From positions 69,318,001-69,382,000 of the forward strand of contig NC_087437.1 in NCBI RefSeq assembly GCF_036321535.1: 64,000 bases of DNA, written 5' to 3'. Positions 37,640 to 49,810 of the stretch are shown here, one piece after another. The notes beneath the pieces were generated by a model. That model ran no database searches. It was given only the letters and a program-made list of their open reading frames with translations, and was not told where the DNA came from. A program made the translations under genes and the position numbers. Source of the stretch: Camelus dromedarius (lineage: Eukaryota). Position 1 is the first letter of the stretch, and every line of letters begins with the position of its first letter.

Positions 37640-40400
37640 CCTGTAACTTAAGGAAAAGGCTTTTATGAGACCATAGTGGAGTTCAGTAATGCCAGAGGCC
37701 TGTGGCTTGTATGGGATATGAAAGTTCCATTAGATGCCCCGTTGGAGAGACCAGTGCTGTGTTATGTGGGTACAACGAGATACTTTATCTGAGTCAGTGA
37801 TGTCAGGAGGGCCCAATGGGGAAGGATACACTTAGAAAAGAAAGAGATTACCTGTTCCACAGAAATATTCCTGGTGAGTGTAGCAAGCAGTAAGCAAGTA
37901 GAAATATCTGCACATGTAATATCAAAATGGATAGTGCCTGCTGACTAAGGAAGCAGCTTCATGAAATCAAAGGGCCAGAAGTGTTAGAGCAGACAGATAG
38001 CTAGCTATGAGCAGAGAAAGGGGGACACAGGCCAAATGGCAGGAATTGGGCAGAAAGGAGGGCGCACAGGCCGAATACAGGAAACCATACATCATGTAAA
38101 CACCAGGGGTCCCTGGGCAGAGAAAGAAAAGCAAGAACCTTTGGGCTGATAAGTGGCCACACTCTTTGGGGTGATGTGCAGCCTGAGGGCTGACAAAGAA
38201 AACTGGGAACAGGCAGGAATCTCGAGTGTCCAAATGTAACCTTTTGCTCATTATGCCCTCATTTCAATAAAGTTAGCCTTGCAGATTAGAAGTATCCATC
38301 ATGCACCGACACCATGACACTTCCGATACAGACTAAATAAGGACAAAAATCCCCCCTCCCTTCTGGAAGGTGGAGTTGGGATGGAGGGACTATGACCCCA
38401 AACCCCACCCTCCCCAATGAATATTCTACCCATTCATTTTTACACTCTATGTGACCAACTTGCTAAAAAACCTCAGGGCAGCTGCTCACCTGAGCCAGCC
38501 TGCTCTCCCCTTGGGAGTGTACTGTCTATCCCTTAATAAATTCCCACTTTACTCTCCTTAACTTCTGTGTCTTGTCTCTGAATTCCTTCTGGAACGGGAC
38601 AAGAACCTGGATGCCGGTTACATCTACTGGCAATAAAAGAGTGGTTCCCTTGCAGAACCAAAACATGAGAGGGCAGTTTCCAGTGTTTGGTTTGGGAGCA
38701 TACTTTGCAATTCAAAACCATGCATTTTTTAAGATGTGCCATAAACAAAACACTTCTGCCCCAGGCCCAAGTGGCAGCAGCTCCCCATAACCCAAAGAGA
38801 TACGGGATCATTGTGCCAGAGGATAAGGAGTATGGAAGTAGTGACTAAGAGAGGCCAGATTGGTGGAGCCGAGGACTGATTGATGGGGTGAGGGTGGGAG
38901 AAGCCATGGTTTCATGGTGGGTGGACCTCGCAGAGCTGTTGGTAGAGTCAGTGGTTGAGAGCCCCAAGAGGCTGGTGACCTGGCTGGTGACTTACGTGGT
39001 GGTGCTGACGTCCAAGATCCACAAAATTCCTGCCTCTCCATAAGCTCTTCCCAGGGGCTACCCCAGGTCTTTAGAGTTTTAGGCAATGGGGCTGCCATCA
39101 CTAGTTCCTCAAGGCTCATGGGCAGGGGGCTGAGGAGTGGGGAAGCCACATCCTTCTGCAATTGGAAAAGACCCATGACATCAGTACAGCTGTCAATGCC
39201 GCTCCTGAAGGTACCATTTCCATTCAGCAAAGTGGCAGTTATAGCTGTGCTGAGCTGCTCTCAGGAGACATCCCCTATCCATGGCCTAATGGGAATGTGG
39301 GTACTCAAGAGAAGAGGCTCCATTCTTGTGAGTGCCTCTGTTTCTAACAAATACCAAGAAGCAGCCAGAATCTAACACTCTAAGGGGGTATAGCAAGAAG
39401 CTCTGAAGGGCCACCATCTGTGCCAGAAGCCCACAGGCAGCCAGGAGAACTGTGTTTAGTCCATATGCTCCAGGACCCATAGTCCCTTGCAGCCAGTGTC
39501 TCAACCTGGAAGGAGGACCTGGGGGGCCGAGAGAGAGGGCCTGATGGACTGACCTTCGTGCCAGCTCTAAGGCTTACTGTTGAGCCTCCCCGCAGTAAAA
39601 TGTGGAGGATTTACGTGCGATGGCATAAATGGGTCTAAGAATGGTGGGTAAGTGCAGTATGCATTGCCTGCAAAACATGAAGAGGCCTAAGACTTGTTGG
39701 GCTTGCCAAGCGAGGAGGCTGAATAGTTAACAATTGATACTTAACTGCAAGTGGGACTTCCTGGCCTTCAGAGAATTTAAAAAATGCTTAGAAGTTTAAC
39801 AGTGGTGATGGGCCCTTGAATTTTATGTGGGGCAGCAGCCCAGTCTCTGTGTTGTAGGTGCATCGTCAGCTGTGTTAGGGCCTCACACGCTGCATCCTCC
39901 GAGGACCCCTGCATTAGAATGTCATCCATATAGTGCCAGACGGTGTAATGGGGACAATGTAAGGGCGTCCAAGTCTTGCTGGCAAAGACTGTGGGCAATA
40001 GCCTGGCTGTTAAGATAGCCCAGAGGCAGTCAGGTAAAGGTATATTGAGTGCCTTCAAATAAGAAGGCGAATTGCAGCTGGGACTCCTCTGTGATCAATA
40101 CTGAATAGGACATATTAGTTAGATCGATCATGGCAAAGTAGCCCCTGGAGCCCTTTGGATGTTCTCAATTAACAGGACAATGTTGAGAAAGGGAGCCTTA
40201 ATAGGGGGCACCTGAGTACTTAAATTTCGGCAGTCAACTGTTGCACCACTCATTAGTAGAGGGCTTTAATACCAGCCAAACGGGGGAACTGAAAGGAGAA
40301 ATGGTGTGTTTAATGACTCCTTCATTTAATAAATCTTGAATTATGGGCCACAGTCCTTCAGTCCCCTGTCACAAGTGACATTGGGGCATATTTACTGTCT
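37640..40400 (-). pseudogene. pol: pol remnant (RT, RNase H, integrase), interrupted by a solo LTR
   Basis: GVIKHTISPFSSPVWLVLKP near 40320; GYFAMIDLTN...QFAFLFEGTQYTFT*LPLGYLNSQAIAHSLCQQDL; YMDD near 39925; integrase NCKVCSQ near 38705; GPPDITDSD and WNFHIPYKPQASGITE at ~37690-37815. Confidence 0.88.
37982..38622 (+). mobile_element. ERV1-type solo LTR (possibly MER41-like) nested in the ERV integrase, opposite orientation
   Basis: TGTTAGAGCAGACAGATAGCTAG...AATAAA (38535-38540)...GACAAGAACCTGGATGCCGGTTACA; integrase-like sequence resumes on both sides. Confidence 0.8.
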
Positions 40401-40800
40401 TAATCAGGAGTGGCAGTCTTATGAGCTCCTAATGTGCAGCTCCCACCAGGAAGGCCAGGAATCAGGGTTTATTCCAGATGGCATGGCAGTGCAACAAAGA
40501 TCCACACCTATAACAGGGAAGGGTAGGGAGGACAGGGCCACCGCCACTAAAGGATTTTTAATAAAGATTGTTCCAAGAGTGGCATCCAGCGAAAGCCTGC
40601 TACTATTCTACCCACTATGCCTTGTCATTTAGATTGCCTCTTGCTTATATTTGAGGGGTTCCTGGGAAGCACTGAAATTTGGGCTCCAGTGTCAGTGAGA
40701 GCAGTAAAGTGTTGTCTATTTTGTGTGTCCCAGTGGATAATTAGAGTTGTATGGGGGAGTGTCTCTTGGAGGAGAGACAAGCTCCAGGAAACTGGGTCCC
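40400..40800 (-). pseudogene. pro: retroviral aspartic protease remnant
   Basis: ORF 40625-40834: TLIIHWDTQNRQHFTALTDTGAQISVLPRNP (DTG catalytic motif). Confidence 0.85.
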
Positions 40801-42016
40801 TAGGGCAGGGGCCTTGGAGGCTGCCCTTCTCCAAGTTCAGGGAATGGGATCTGGGATTCTGGATCCTGCCGCCAGGACTGGGTCATTCTGAGAGGTGACT
40901 TCATCTGCCCTCACCATGGTGTGTAGTTTTCTAAAGAGCCTACAGCACCTGAATGAAGGCTTCTACCTTAGCTCAGGCTGTCCTGAGATTAAGTCATTAG
41001 GGATTCAGATCTCTGGAGCTGCCAGTAGAGAGGCCTGAAGGTTATCCCATGAGGGAAGGAGCTGGCGAGAACCAGTAAGGGGCCTAGAAGCTTTCATAGC
41101 CTTTAGATCCTGTCCTTTGGGTTCCTGGCTGGGGAGGCAGCAGGGCCGTTCACCTTTACCAACAAACAAGATTTGGGCTTCAGGAAAATGCTCTTTTTCA
41201 CGTTTAGCTCCAGCATTGATGCAGTCTAATGCCTGTTGTACTGTATTTGACACTTCTATGAATTGTAACAGCATCCTATAGTTGGGGGATGCCCTTTAAG
41301 AACTCCTTAGATTCTGGTCCCAAGGGCGCCTCCTCTGGTTTGGGGGGGTGGTGTCTGTGGGACCATGATGCTCAGCAAAACGATATACCCACTGAGCCAT
41401 CCCAATTCCACTAAGAGAAGGCACACTTCATCTGGGGTTGCTCCCTGGAAATGAGCCTTAGCCGTAATGACTGTGATGGATGATTGTGTTGGGTTAGGGC
41501 TGTCTCCCCAAGATCAGGATCCTGGGGACACTTTGGAGCCAGCAGCTAGCCTCCCCTTACTGACACTAATCTAGGAGAGCTCTCCTTGGCTCCCAAGATC
41601 TGATGGCCCACACCCCTAGTCCCTGCCTGGGGGAATGGAGGCAGAGCCCTACTGTCCTGGTTAGCTCACCTGGGCTCAGTGCAGCGACTTTTGCATAAGA
41701 TTATAGCCATCACGTACAGACCAGACACCCAGCAGGGTCTCACTTAGAGATTAATAGGAAACATACCCATCTCAGACTGAGGCCTGCCAGTTGGTCTCTG
41801 CAGGGGAGTCTGACCTTTCATAGCAATAATAATTTAGGGCGGGGATTCACAGCATCTGAAGCAACAATACACAGCAGCACCAGCAAGCAGCGGTTCCTTC
41901 CCAGGGAGACTGAGAAGTCTGGGAGAGGAAGTGAGTGAGCCATTCACAGCTCTAAGGCATTGCAAGGGGATACAAACTATGTCCACAATCCCATCCTCCT
42001 GGTTGTCAGTTGCCAT
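40800..42016 (-). pseudogene. gag: gag remnant (heavily decayed)
   Basis: Lies between the 5' LTR/PBS and the protease; ATG at 42016 (MATDNQEDG...); capsid-like PEEAPLGPESKEFLKGIP near 41300 is weak support only. Confidence 0.55.
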
Positions 42017-42031
42017 AATCCCGATATGACC

Positions 42032-42523
42032 TGCTAAATGAGGAGATCTAGAGGAGATACCCACCCAAGGGCAGCAGGTAGCTCCCTCAGCATCCAAGCT
42101 CCCACTTTGGGGAAGTGAAACACGGGATTTTTGATTGAAAATACGTCTTCAATACTGGATACCCACAGAAAGGAAGTAGTCACAAGATATATTACCACAA
42201 GTGAGGGGGTGCAGTGAGCTGGGAGGAGGGCAGTTGTTTCCAGGTCTTAAGCGAGCAGGAGATAAAGAGCAGGGTAGCAAGCACCCATTGCTTATTAAGG
42301 TGGCTGAGGGGGAGGTTACTAAATTTTTGTGGGCTTAACTATTAATGATTACTTTAAAAAGTGCCCAGAAAAAAGCAGGAACTTATGGCGGGCATCCTAG
42401 ACTCAGTCCTTATCTAAATACCCAGATTCTGGGTGTGAGCAGAGTTACTATACTGTAAAATGCCTAGGCAGCAATTCAGAAAAGCAAAAGTTGTTTTCTC
42501 AAAAAGTTGCCTTTCTCATCCCA
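42032..42523 (-). repeat. 5' LTR of the class III ERV
   Basis: Plus strand TGCTAAATGAGGAGA...AAAAAGTTGCCTTTCTCATCCCA; 57/67 identity to the 3' LTR in a hand-aligned block; followed on the minus strand by degenerate PBS GGTCATATCGGGATT. Confidence 0.88.
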
Positions 42524-42789
42524 TGTGGATAAAGGGGGAAATTTCTTTCTACAAGCAGGGTAGTTCTTGAACTCTTACTGTGTCAAAATAGCTAGTTCAA
42601 AGCTAAAACATGCATTAAGTACTTAAGACTTTGAGAACTTAAGAAAGTTCCAAATATTTCAGACTTGAGTCTCATAGATATTTGAATTCTATTTCAACAC
42701 AGGCATTGACAATTTGCTAACATATGGGGGATGCAAAATGAAAAAAAAAAAAAAAAGAATCATCTATTTCCCCCCTATGCTAAAGAGCT

Positions 42790-43270
42790 GGAGTGTGCTG
42801 GCCCCAAGGCAGTTGCTCCACAGATCCAGTCCTCACAGTCCCCTGCCCTCTCTTTCTATCAGGAGTCTGACCTCCACAAGCTTTGGTTCCAAGGCTCCCC
42901 TGTTAAGTTGGCCTCTTGCTGGACTCAGCCGGTGGAGGGCATGGTGAGAAACTGGAGAGCAAGAGAAAGGGAACAGCTAACGTATTCCCTTCCTCTTCTC
43001 TTTGCTTCAGTTGGTTATCTTGGGGCAGCTGCTGAGTCTCTTCAGTGGTTCCAGATCCCTGGGACAGACCTGCATAGTTTTGATCTTTGCCCCTGGGTTC
43101 AAGCAATTGAACTAAACTCTGACTTTATAACTAGTGTTACTAATCACTCAGTGTCCCCTGGTTGGCTTCTCAGTCTCTTCCATCATCTGTTTGTCAAGAC
43201 TCTACATTAATTTCCTTTTCTTTTAAACACTCATAGAGGATTATGTTTTTTGCTTATACCTTGACTAACA
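42790..43270 (+). mobile_element. old ERVL-type solo LTR (LTR33-like)
   Basis: GGCTCCCCTG...GGACTCAGCCGGTGGAGGGCATGGTGAGAAACTGGAGAGCAAGAGAAAGG...ATTAATTTCCTTTTCTTTTAAACAC...TTGACTAACA. Confidence 0.5.
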
Positions 43271-43774
43271 GTAAAGTTAGGAGCTCGTTTCAGGGTAAGA
43301 TATCCTGATATTTTAATCCATATTAGAATATAATTCAGTAACTATTTGGAAGTATTTTTCTAACTAGATGCAGAACAGAGTGAAAGTGCTGGAAATATTT
43401 TTTGGAAGCCAAACCTTAATAGATTTTTTTTCATGTTAATATTCAAGTTAGCAAGGTTGAACAAGTTTGGACTGCAAAGATCAGTACACAAGGAAAGCAT
43501 GTTTATAAGGGGAAAGAAAGTGGAACCAAAGCCTTGGAACAACAACAAAAAAATACAGGAAAAGTATTGAGGAAAACATTAGAAATGAGTAAAGGGCAGC
43601 AAGTGAAAAAAAAAAAAAAAACCAAAAGAAAGAAGGCAAAATGGAAAAGCAGGGGACGTGCAGAAGAAAAGAGACAGTCATTTAGAAAAGAAGAGACGAA
43701 GCTGGCACAACGTGCCCGCACCAGTGCCGTCCCACTTCTTCAGGACCACTGAGCCTGCCCAGAGTGTCCAAAGA

Positions 43775-43990
43775 GCTTGTTAATTTCAGTTCAGGACCAG
43801 CTCTTTCCTTCCCCCACCATCAGCCTGCTAATGCTTTTCTAATAATTACCATTTTTGAAACTATTTTGGCTGTTAAAAATGTTTCTTTTTAATAAGCTGA
43901 TTAAAAGAGGCTGCTTATTAGCATAAGCTCTTTGCCGTTCAGCCCTCTTCCTAATTAAAAGCACTCATCTGTGGAGACCTCAATTTTTCC
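43775..43990. promoter_or_regulatory. candidate enhancer-like unique block
   Basis: Dense TAAT/ATTA cores, ATTAGCAT (43917-43924), CTAATTA (43951-43957); no repeat signature recognised. Confidence 0.25.
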
Positions 43991-44604
43991 CTTCTCCCTG
44001 TGATGAGTTTTTGGATATTTTTCCTTGGCAGTTTGTTTTATTTTACTCCTCTGTCTTTGGTAGTTTTCTGCTCCTGTATTCCACAGAGAAAGAAGCTTTT
44101 GAGCAAATTAATACAGGGGAAGGATTGTGCAGTCTGAACATTTGAAAGATGAAGAGAAGGCCTACCCATATGGTTAAGTTGGATCTAAAGACAAAGTCCT
44201 ACTTTTATGGTAGGTGTATAGTTGTGTCAAATTTCCAGGCTGTCAAGTTACCAAAGGTGATATATTGAGATAAAAGGTGATGAATCCAAATCTGCTGTTC
44301 TGTGGGTAGAATTGCACTCCCAACATCAGTTATACCCCAAATTATACCCCAAGTGCTATGATTTGTGTCGTAATTTTACATATTTTATAGACAGCTTTTA
44401 TTATAAAGAAGAGCATACATTAAGAAATTGTCTATATAAAGAGTTTATTAACAAAAAGGGTAGTCTGCAAAAAACATGGAACAAAGTGAGTAAAAGAGAA
44501 ACGTGTGTGTCTGCATGTTGTGTTAAGAAAAGAAATTTTTGTACAGATGACAAAAGATTTCCTGTTTACTTGGTGTGGCATATTATTTAGTGCTTAACAT
44601 TGTT

Positions 44605-44760
44605 TTATGGATTCTCTTGAGGATCTGATGAACCTATTGCCTTTTCACTCCTGGAAAATAAACTCTTGCATATAAACATGCTTTTTTTGCTTACAATATC
44701 TTGGGTTTCACAAATGCCTTAAAGCCTAAGAGTCCATAGACATGAGTTAAAAATACTTGA
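44605..44760. mobile_element. hAT-Charlie-type MITE remnant
   Basis: CTCTTGAGGATCTGATGAA...TTTTGCTTACAAT...GTCCATAGAC...GTTAAAAATACTTG pattern. Confidence 0.45.
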
Positions 44761-45383
44761 TGCAACTTCTGTAATTGGTGCTGCTAGCTCTACAGATCGT
44801 TTTTCCTTTTGGCTTTAATCTCTTGCTCATCAAGTGAACTTCTAATTTCAATTTTCCTTCTTCTATAGTGTTTTCTCTAGGGGAACGATTGTGCCAGCCA
44901 GGTGTAGTATAAATGTTTTGGTTTACTTGGCAGATATATTTCTCAATGTAACTTAATAATATAGCATTCTACTTACTATACATCTTTTTCTGAGTCTTGC
45001 TACTGTGAATTCTCCCTGCTCCAAGCCCTGTCCTACCTGGAGCTAAGTGGCAAGGTTTTATTTTGATATCCCCAAAACAGCAGATCCAGGTCCAGTGATG
45101 CGGTTTTCTCATTAAGGTCTAATGAAAGGCCTTATGGAAACTTATTGGTCTTATAGAAGCTTCAGGACATCTGGACCCCACTTATAAATATCATTCATGA
45201 TAGATATTTTTCAATCAAGCATTCTCACTCATGGATATTTTCTTTGTAAGAAGAACATTAGAGGTTATCTGTTTTTGTAGAGCTGTTCAACTTGTTCTCA
45301 GAACACACTTCTTTAAACAACTATTAATTGTATAATTTGAGAATTTTTCTACATTATGAAGATCTTTAAAAACACGAAAAAAT

Positions 45384-47087
45384 TATCCCAGAGAGTTATT
45401 TTATGTATATCAACAAACTAATTCTAAAGTTTATATGAAGTGGCAAGAGACTGAGAATATCCAATACAATATTGAAGAACAGATTGGGAGGACTAACACT
45501 GACCAACTTCAGAATTTACTATAAAGTTACAATAATCAAGACAATATGGTATTGGAGAAAGAATATATAAATAAACCACTGGAACAGAATAGAGAACCCA
45601 GAAATAGACGCACATAAATAAAGTCAACTGATCTTTAAGTAAGTAGCAAAGGTAATACAGTGGAGCTTAGATAGTCTCTTTAACAAATGGTGCTACAACA
45701 ACTGATCATCCACATTAAAAAAATAAAAAGGATAGACACAGAAACCTTACACCCCTCACAAAATTTAATTCAAAATGGATCATAGACATAAATGTAAAAC
45801 ACAAAACTATAAAACTCCTAGAAAATAATGTAAGGAGAAAACTTAGATGACTTTGCGTATGATGATGGCTTTTTAGACAAAACATTAAAGATACAGTTCA
45901 TGAAAAAAATGATAAGCTAGTCTCTATTAAAATTAAAATATTTAAGCTCTGCAAAAAATAATATCAAGAGAATTAGAAGACAAACCACAGACTGAAAAAA
46001 ATGTTTGTAAAAGACACATTTGATAGAGGACTGTTACCCAAAGTATACAAAGAACTCTTAAAACTCAACAATAAGAAAACAAACAACCTAACTGAAAAAT
46101 GCACCAAAGACATTAACAGACATTTCACCAAAGAAGATATACAGATGGCAAATAAGCTTATGAGATAATGCTCCACATCATATGTCATCAGGGAACTACA
46201 AACTAAAACCAATAGCAATACAGCTATTCACCTATTAGAATGACCAAAATCCTGAACACTAACAACACCAAATGCTGACAAGGATGTGGAGCAACAGTAA
46301 CTCTCATATATAACTGGTGGGAATGCAAAACAGTACAGCCATTTTGGAAGACAGTTTGGTGGTTTCTTACAAAACTAAATGTACTCTTACCATATGATCC
46401 AGCAGTCGTGCTCCCTGGTATTTACCCAAAAGAGTAAAAATTCATATTCACACAAAAACCTGCACATAGATGTTTATAGCAGCTTTATTCATAATTGCCA
46501 AAACTTGGAAGCAACCAAGATGTCATTTTGTACTTGAATGGATAAATAAACTGTGGTATATCTAGACAATAGAATATTATTTGGTGCTAAAAAGAAATGA
46601 GCTATCAAGCAATGAAAAGACATGGAGGAATCTTAAATGCAATTAGTAAGTGAAAGAAGTCAGTCTGAAAAGGCTACATACTATATAATTCCAACTATAT
46701 GACATTCTGGAAAAGGCAAAACTATGGAGACAATAGAAAAATTAATGGTTGCCAGAGGAGGGTGATAAGATGAATAGGCAGAGCACAGAGGATTTTTAGG
46801 GCAGTGAAAATACTTTGTATAGCAGTATAATTATGGCTACATATAATTATATATTTATCGAAACTCATAAAATGTTCAACATCAAGAGTGAACCCTAAGG
46901 TAAGCTGTGGACTTTGGCTGGTTGTGATATGTCAGTGTAGGTTAAAAAAAGTACCATTCTGGTGTGATGTTGATGATGGAGAAAGCTATGCGTGAGTAAG
47001 GGCAGAGTGTATGTGGGAAATTTCTGTACCTCCCTCTCAATTTTCTTGTAAACCTAAAACTGCTCTAAAAACATAAAATATGTTTTT
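45384..47087 (+). mobile_element. 5'-truncated L1MC1-like element (ORF2 3' part plus 3'UTR), with TSD
   Basis: ORF2-like CTGGAACAGAATAGAGAACCCAGAAATAGAC; 3'UTR GAGCTATCAAGC...GACATGGAGGAA...GATGAATAGGCAGAGCACAGAGGATTTTTAGGGCAGTGAAA; TSD AAAAACACGAAAAA (45368-45381) / AAAAACATGAAAAA (47088-47101). Confidence 0.92.
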
Positions 47088-49280
47088 AAAAACATGAAAA
47101 ATACTTATGGTGCTTAGTGGCCTGTGTGTAACATAAATATACACTGTGATCACAAAAATGAAAAAAAAAAATTGAAGAGAGCAATAGCAACTAGAGTATG
47201 TCTAATTGAGGGGACCTCAAATGTCAGAGTTTGTAGATCATAAACTTGTTTATACAAGGAGGCATGGAAGCATGGAATATAACCTATATGATTAAATCTA
47301 ACCTAGAGAAGAGTGTACAGACATGTCTCTCTCCAATTCAGGAAGGACTGGCATGGGAAGAAGGGGTATATTAGTTCTGAATTAGTGGAGCTAATTCTGC
47401 CTAGTCAGAACTAAGGGTAGTGAGAATGATATATGTGGAAGGAGTAGGGTAGAAAGATGTCAGATTAATATCAGACTGACTTAAAGCAAGTAAATCCATC
47501 CAACAGCAGACTATAGATCTTTTAAATTGTGAACTCTCTATCTCTAGAAGAGTTCAAGTTGAGGTTAGATGACCATTAGTTAGAAAACCTGTTAAGTGTA
47601 TTCTACATGTGGGGAAAATAAGAACTACATTTTGAAAATTATTCTAAATCTAAAATGTGGTGACTCTCTTATGTGACTATTATATATCTTGTATTCCACC
47701 ACTAATTGGAAGATGTGCATGCACGCACAGACACACGCACACACACACACCCTTCGGGTCCCTCCTGATTGTTCTGCAAATTAGTTTATCTTCTCTGCTT
47801 CAATCATTTAAAGATTTAAATCATTTTTTAATTTATAGTACATGTTAATTTATACAATGACTCAAACAACACATTCCTTAATATAGTATCTTGCCTTAAA
47901 TTTAATCAGGAATTTAAGAATAGGATTCCTGGCTTTCAATAGGTCTTCTTGATTTTACCAATCTTTTTTCCCCCTTTCTAAAAAACGTACATTCTGGTTC
48001 ATGTATTCTAGGATTTTTGGAACTCAAGTTATAATTCTAAAGCCTAGTAAACCAGGAAGTTGCTTTAATTTTCTATAGTTTAAGTGAACTTGATCAAGAC
48101 AGAGACCTATGCCTATATGCGTGCTTGTGTGTTCCCACCTGAACATTTATTCAGCAGAATATCATGATTGGAAACCCAGGTCATCCACTTTACTCTCCAC
48201 AGAGGACTGTCTATTTCACAATCCTGTGGTGAGGTCAGCAACCCTCACAGAAGAAGAACTGGAATAGATTCCCTTTATTCCAGACTTGGACTGTCACAGG
48301 TGACATGACACAAACGCAAGTCTACTACTCATAGTTTGTAACAGCATAGCGATACCTAGCCACATAGGGAGAACTGAGCTAAATTCACTCTCACCTTGTG
48401 AATCATCAAAACCTTGTCAGTGGGATTATGACTATAGAATGTAATGCTGAAGATGCATGGGGTGAGAGGAAAAATAAAAGCACAAAACTCAGTCTGTTTT
48501 TTAGACTGCAGGGAGAGTGGTTTAGCATTGGTACTTCCCCCAAAAAAAGATAGTCATGTCATCACTTCATTTTTATATTAAGCACATTTTCTACTGAAGT
48601 CAGCAAATGCCAATGCATATGGAATGCCTTGATATCAGGTTTATATTTTCTTAGCTAATTTTAGAGGAGGGGAAGGTGGACCAGAATATTATAGGCTGAT
48701 TATACTGGGCAAAGGGAGGAGAGATTAGAAAACTGACATGATAACATGGGGGGAAGGAGCTCTAGTACCATCCATTAAATAGGTTTTGAATAAAGGCATT
48801 AGACACAGTTATCTTCTTCCACTTCTTCATGACTTTCCTTCCTGGATACCTTGCACATGAGTTATGGGCCAGGGAGTAACCATGCTAGACAGATGGACTC
48901 AAGAAATGTCATCTGCTTAGCCATGTGCCCATATATGAGTGACCACCTATCGCAGTCAGGGCAAGTATTTAAGCAGATCACAATTATGCAGGAATAGTAA
49001 AAAGATCAGAGAAAATAATGTTTTCAAAATTGTAGCTAATTTATGCTTCTATTCTAGAATCTTCACCATTTTTCAGAAATGCCAGGCAGGATAAAAATAA
49101 TGATGCAGTGACCAAAAAACCTTGATTAGCCTAGAGCCAAAAGGATTGTACTGTTTAGTGAACCTTTGAGGGAGTCAATCCCTTAGGAGACAACCAGGAA
49201 GGTCCAAGCCCCAGAAGGCCTGTGATAAATACAGGAATTGGTGACTCAGGTGGTCATGGTAAAGTATCATTCCTCTAGAA

Positions 49281-49511
49281 TGGAGCTTCTCAACCTGTGG
49301 TGATTTTATACCCCTCAACCCAGATAAACAGTTAGCAATAGCTAGAGACAGTTTTGATTGTCCCATCTTGGTGGGGGAAGGGATGGATGCTAATAACATA
49401 TAGTCAGTTGAAGCCAGAGATGCTTCTACTCCCAGAATGCACAGGGCTGTCCTCATATTAAAGTATTATTCTTTCCCAAAATGTCAGTAGTGCCAAGGCT
49501 GAGAAACCCTG
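49281..49511 (+). mobile_element. MER20 hAT-Charlie DNA transposon
   Basis: TTCTCAACC...GGTGATTTT...GAAGCCAGAGATGCT...AATGCACAGG...CCCAAAATGTCAGTAGTGCCAAGGCTGAGAAACCCTG; left flank CTCTAGAA fits the Charlie target preference. Confidence 0.85.
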
Positions 49512-49629
49512 CTTGAGGAATTTATTTGGACTGGCCTTTATATGTCAGCCCACTGATACTCTCTCTCTCCATCGCACAGCTTTCTAAGACACACCGGAGA
49601 ACTTGGTTTAGTGTGTTGCTGAATTATTC

Positions 49630-49810
49630 AATAGTAAAAGCACAAGCTTCAGAAACAAATGGCTTGGGTTTGAGTCCCAGTCAGTGAGTTGTATGACTTC
49701 TGGCCATTTAGAATTCTCCTTAAACATCAGTTTCTTCATATATAAAATAGAGCTAACCAGTGTCTCTAAGGTTTCTTGTGAGGACTGAATGCTGTGTGAA
49801 TATTTAGTAA
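49630..49810 (+). mobile_element. MIR SINE
   Basis: CTTGGGTTTGAGTCCCAG...GTATGACTT...CATCAGTTTCTTCATATATAAAATAGAG...TTGTGAGGACTGAATG. Confidence 0.7.

Larger units (their letters stand above)
35636..42523 (-). mobile_element. decayed endogenous retrovirus, class III (ERV-S/ERV-L-like): LTR-gag-pro-pol-env-LTR
   Basis: Two homologous ~490-500 bp LTRs; protease LTDTGAQIS; RT QYTFT*LPLGYLNS and WHYMDDILM; integrase CKVC and FHIPYKPQASG; env TM motifs; multiple stops and frameshifts. Confidence 0.92.

Noticed and set aside
38235..38622. Shorter nested element bounded by perfect TGTAACC/GGTTACA inverted ends
   Set aside because: Sequence 37982-38234 is not integrase-like and begins with an LTR-type TGTTAG start, so the whole 37982-38622 segment is better read as one LTR; no TSD supports the shorter boundary.
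43534..43752. Lys/Arg-rich 72-aa ORF resembling a basic nuclear peptide
   Set aside because: Its composition is explained by A-rich low-complexity sequence and a poly(A) run; no ATG start or splice support.
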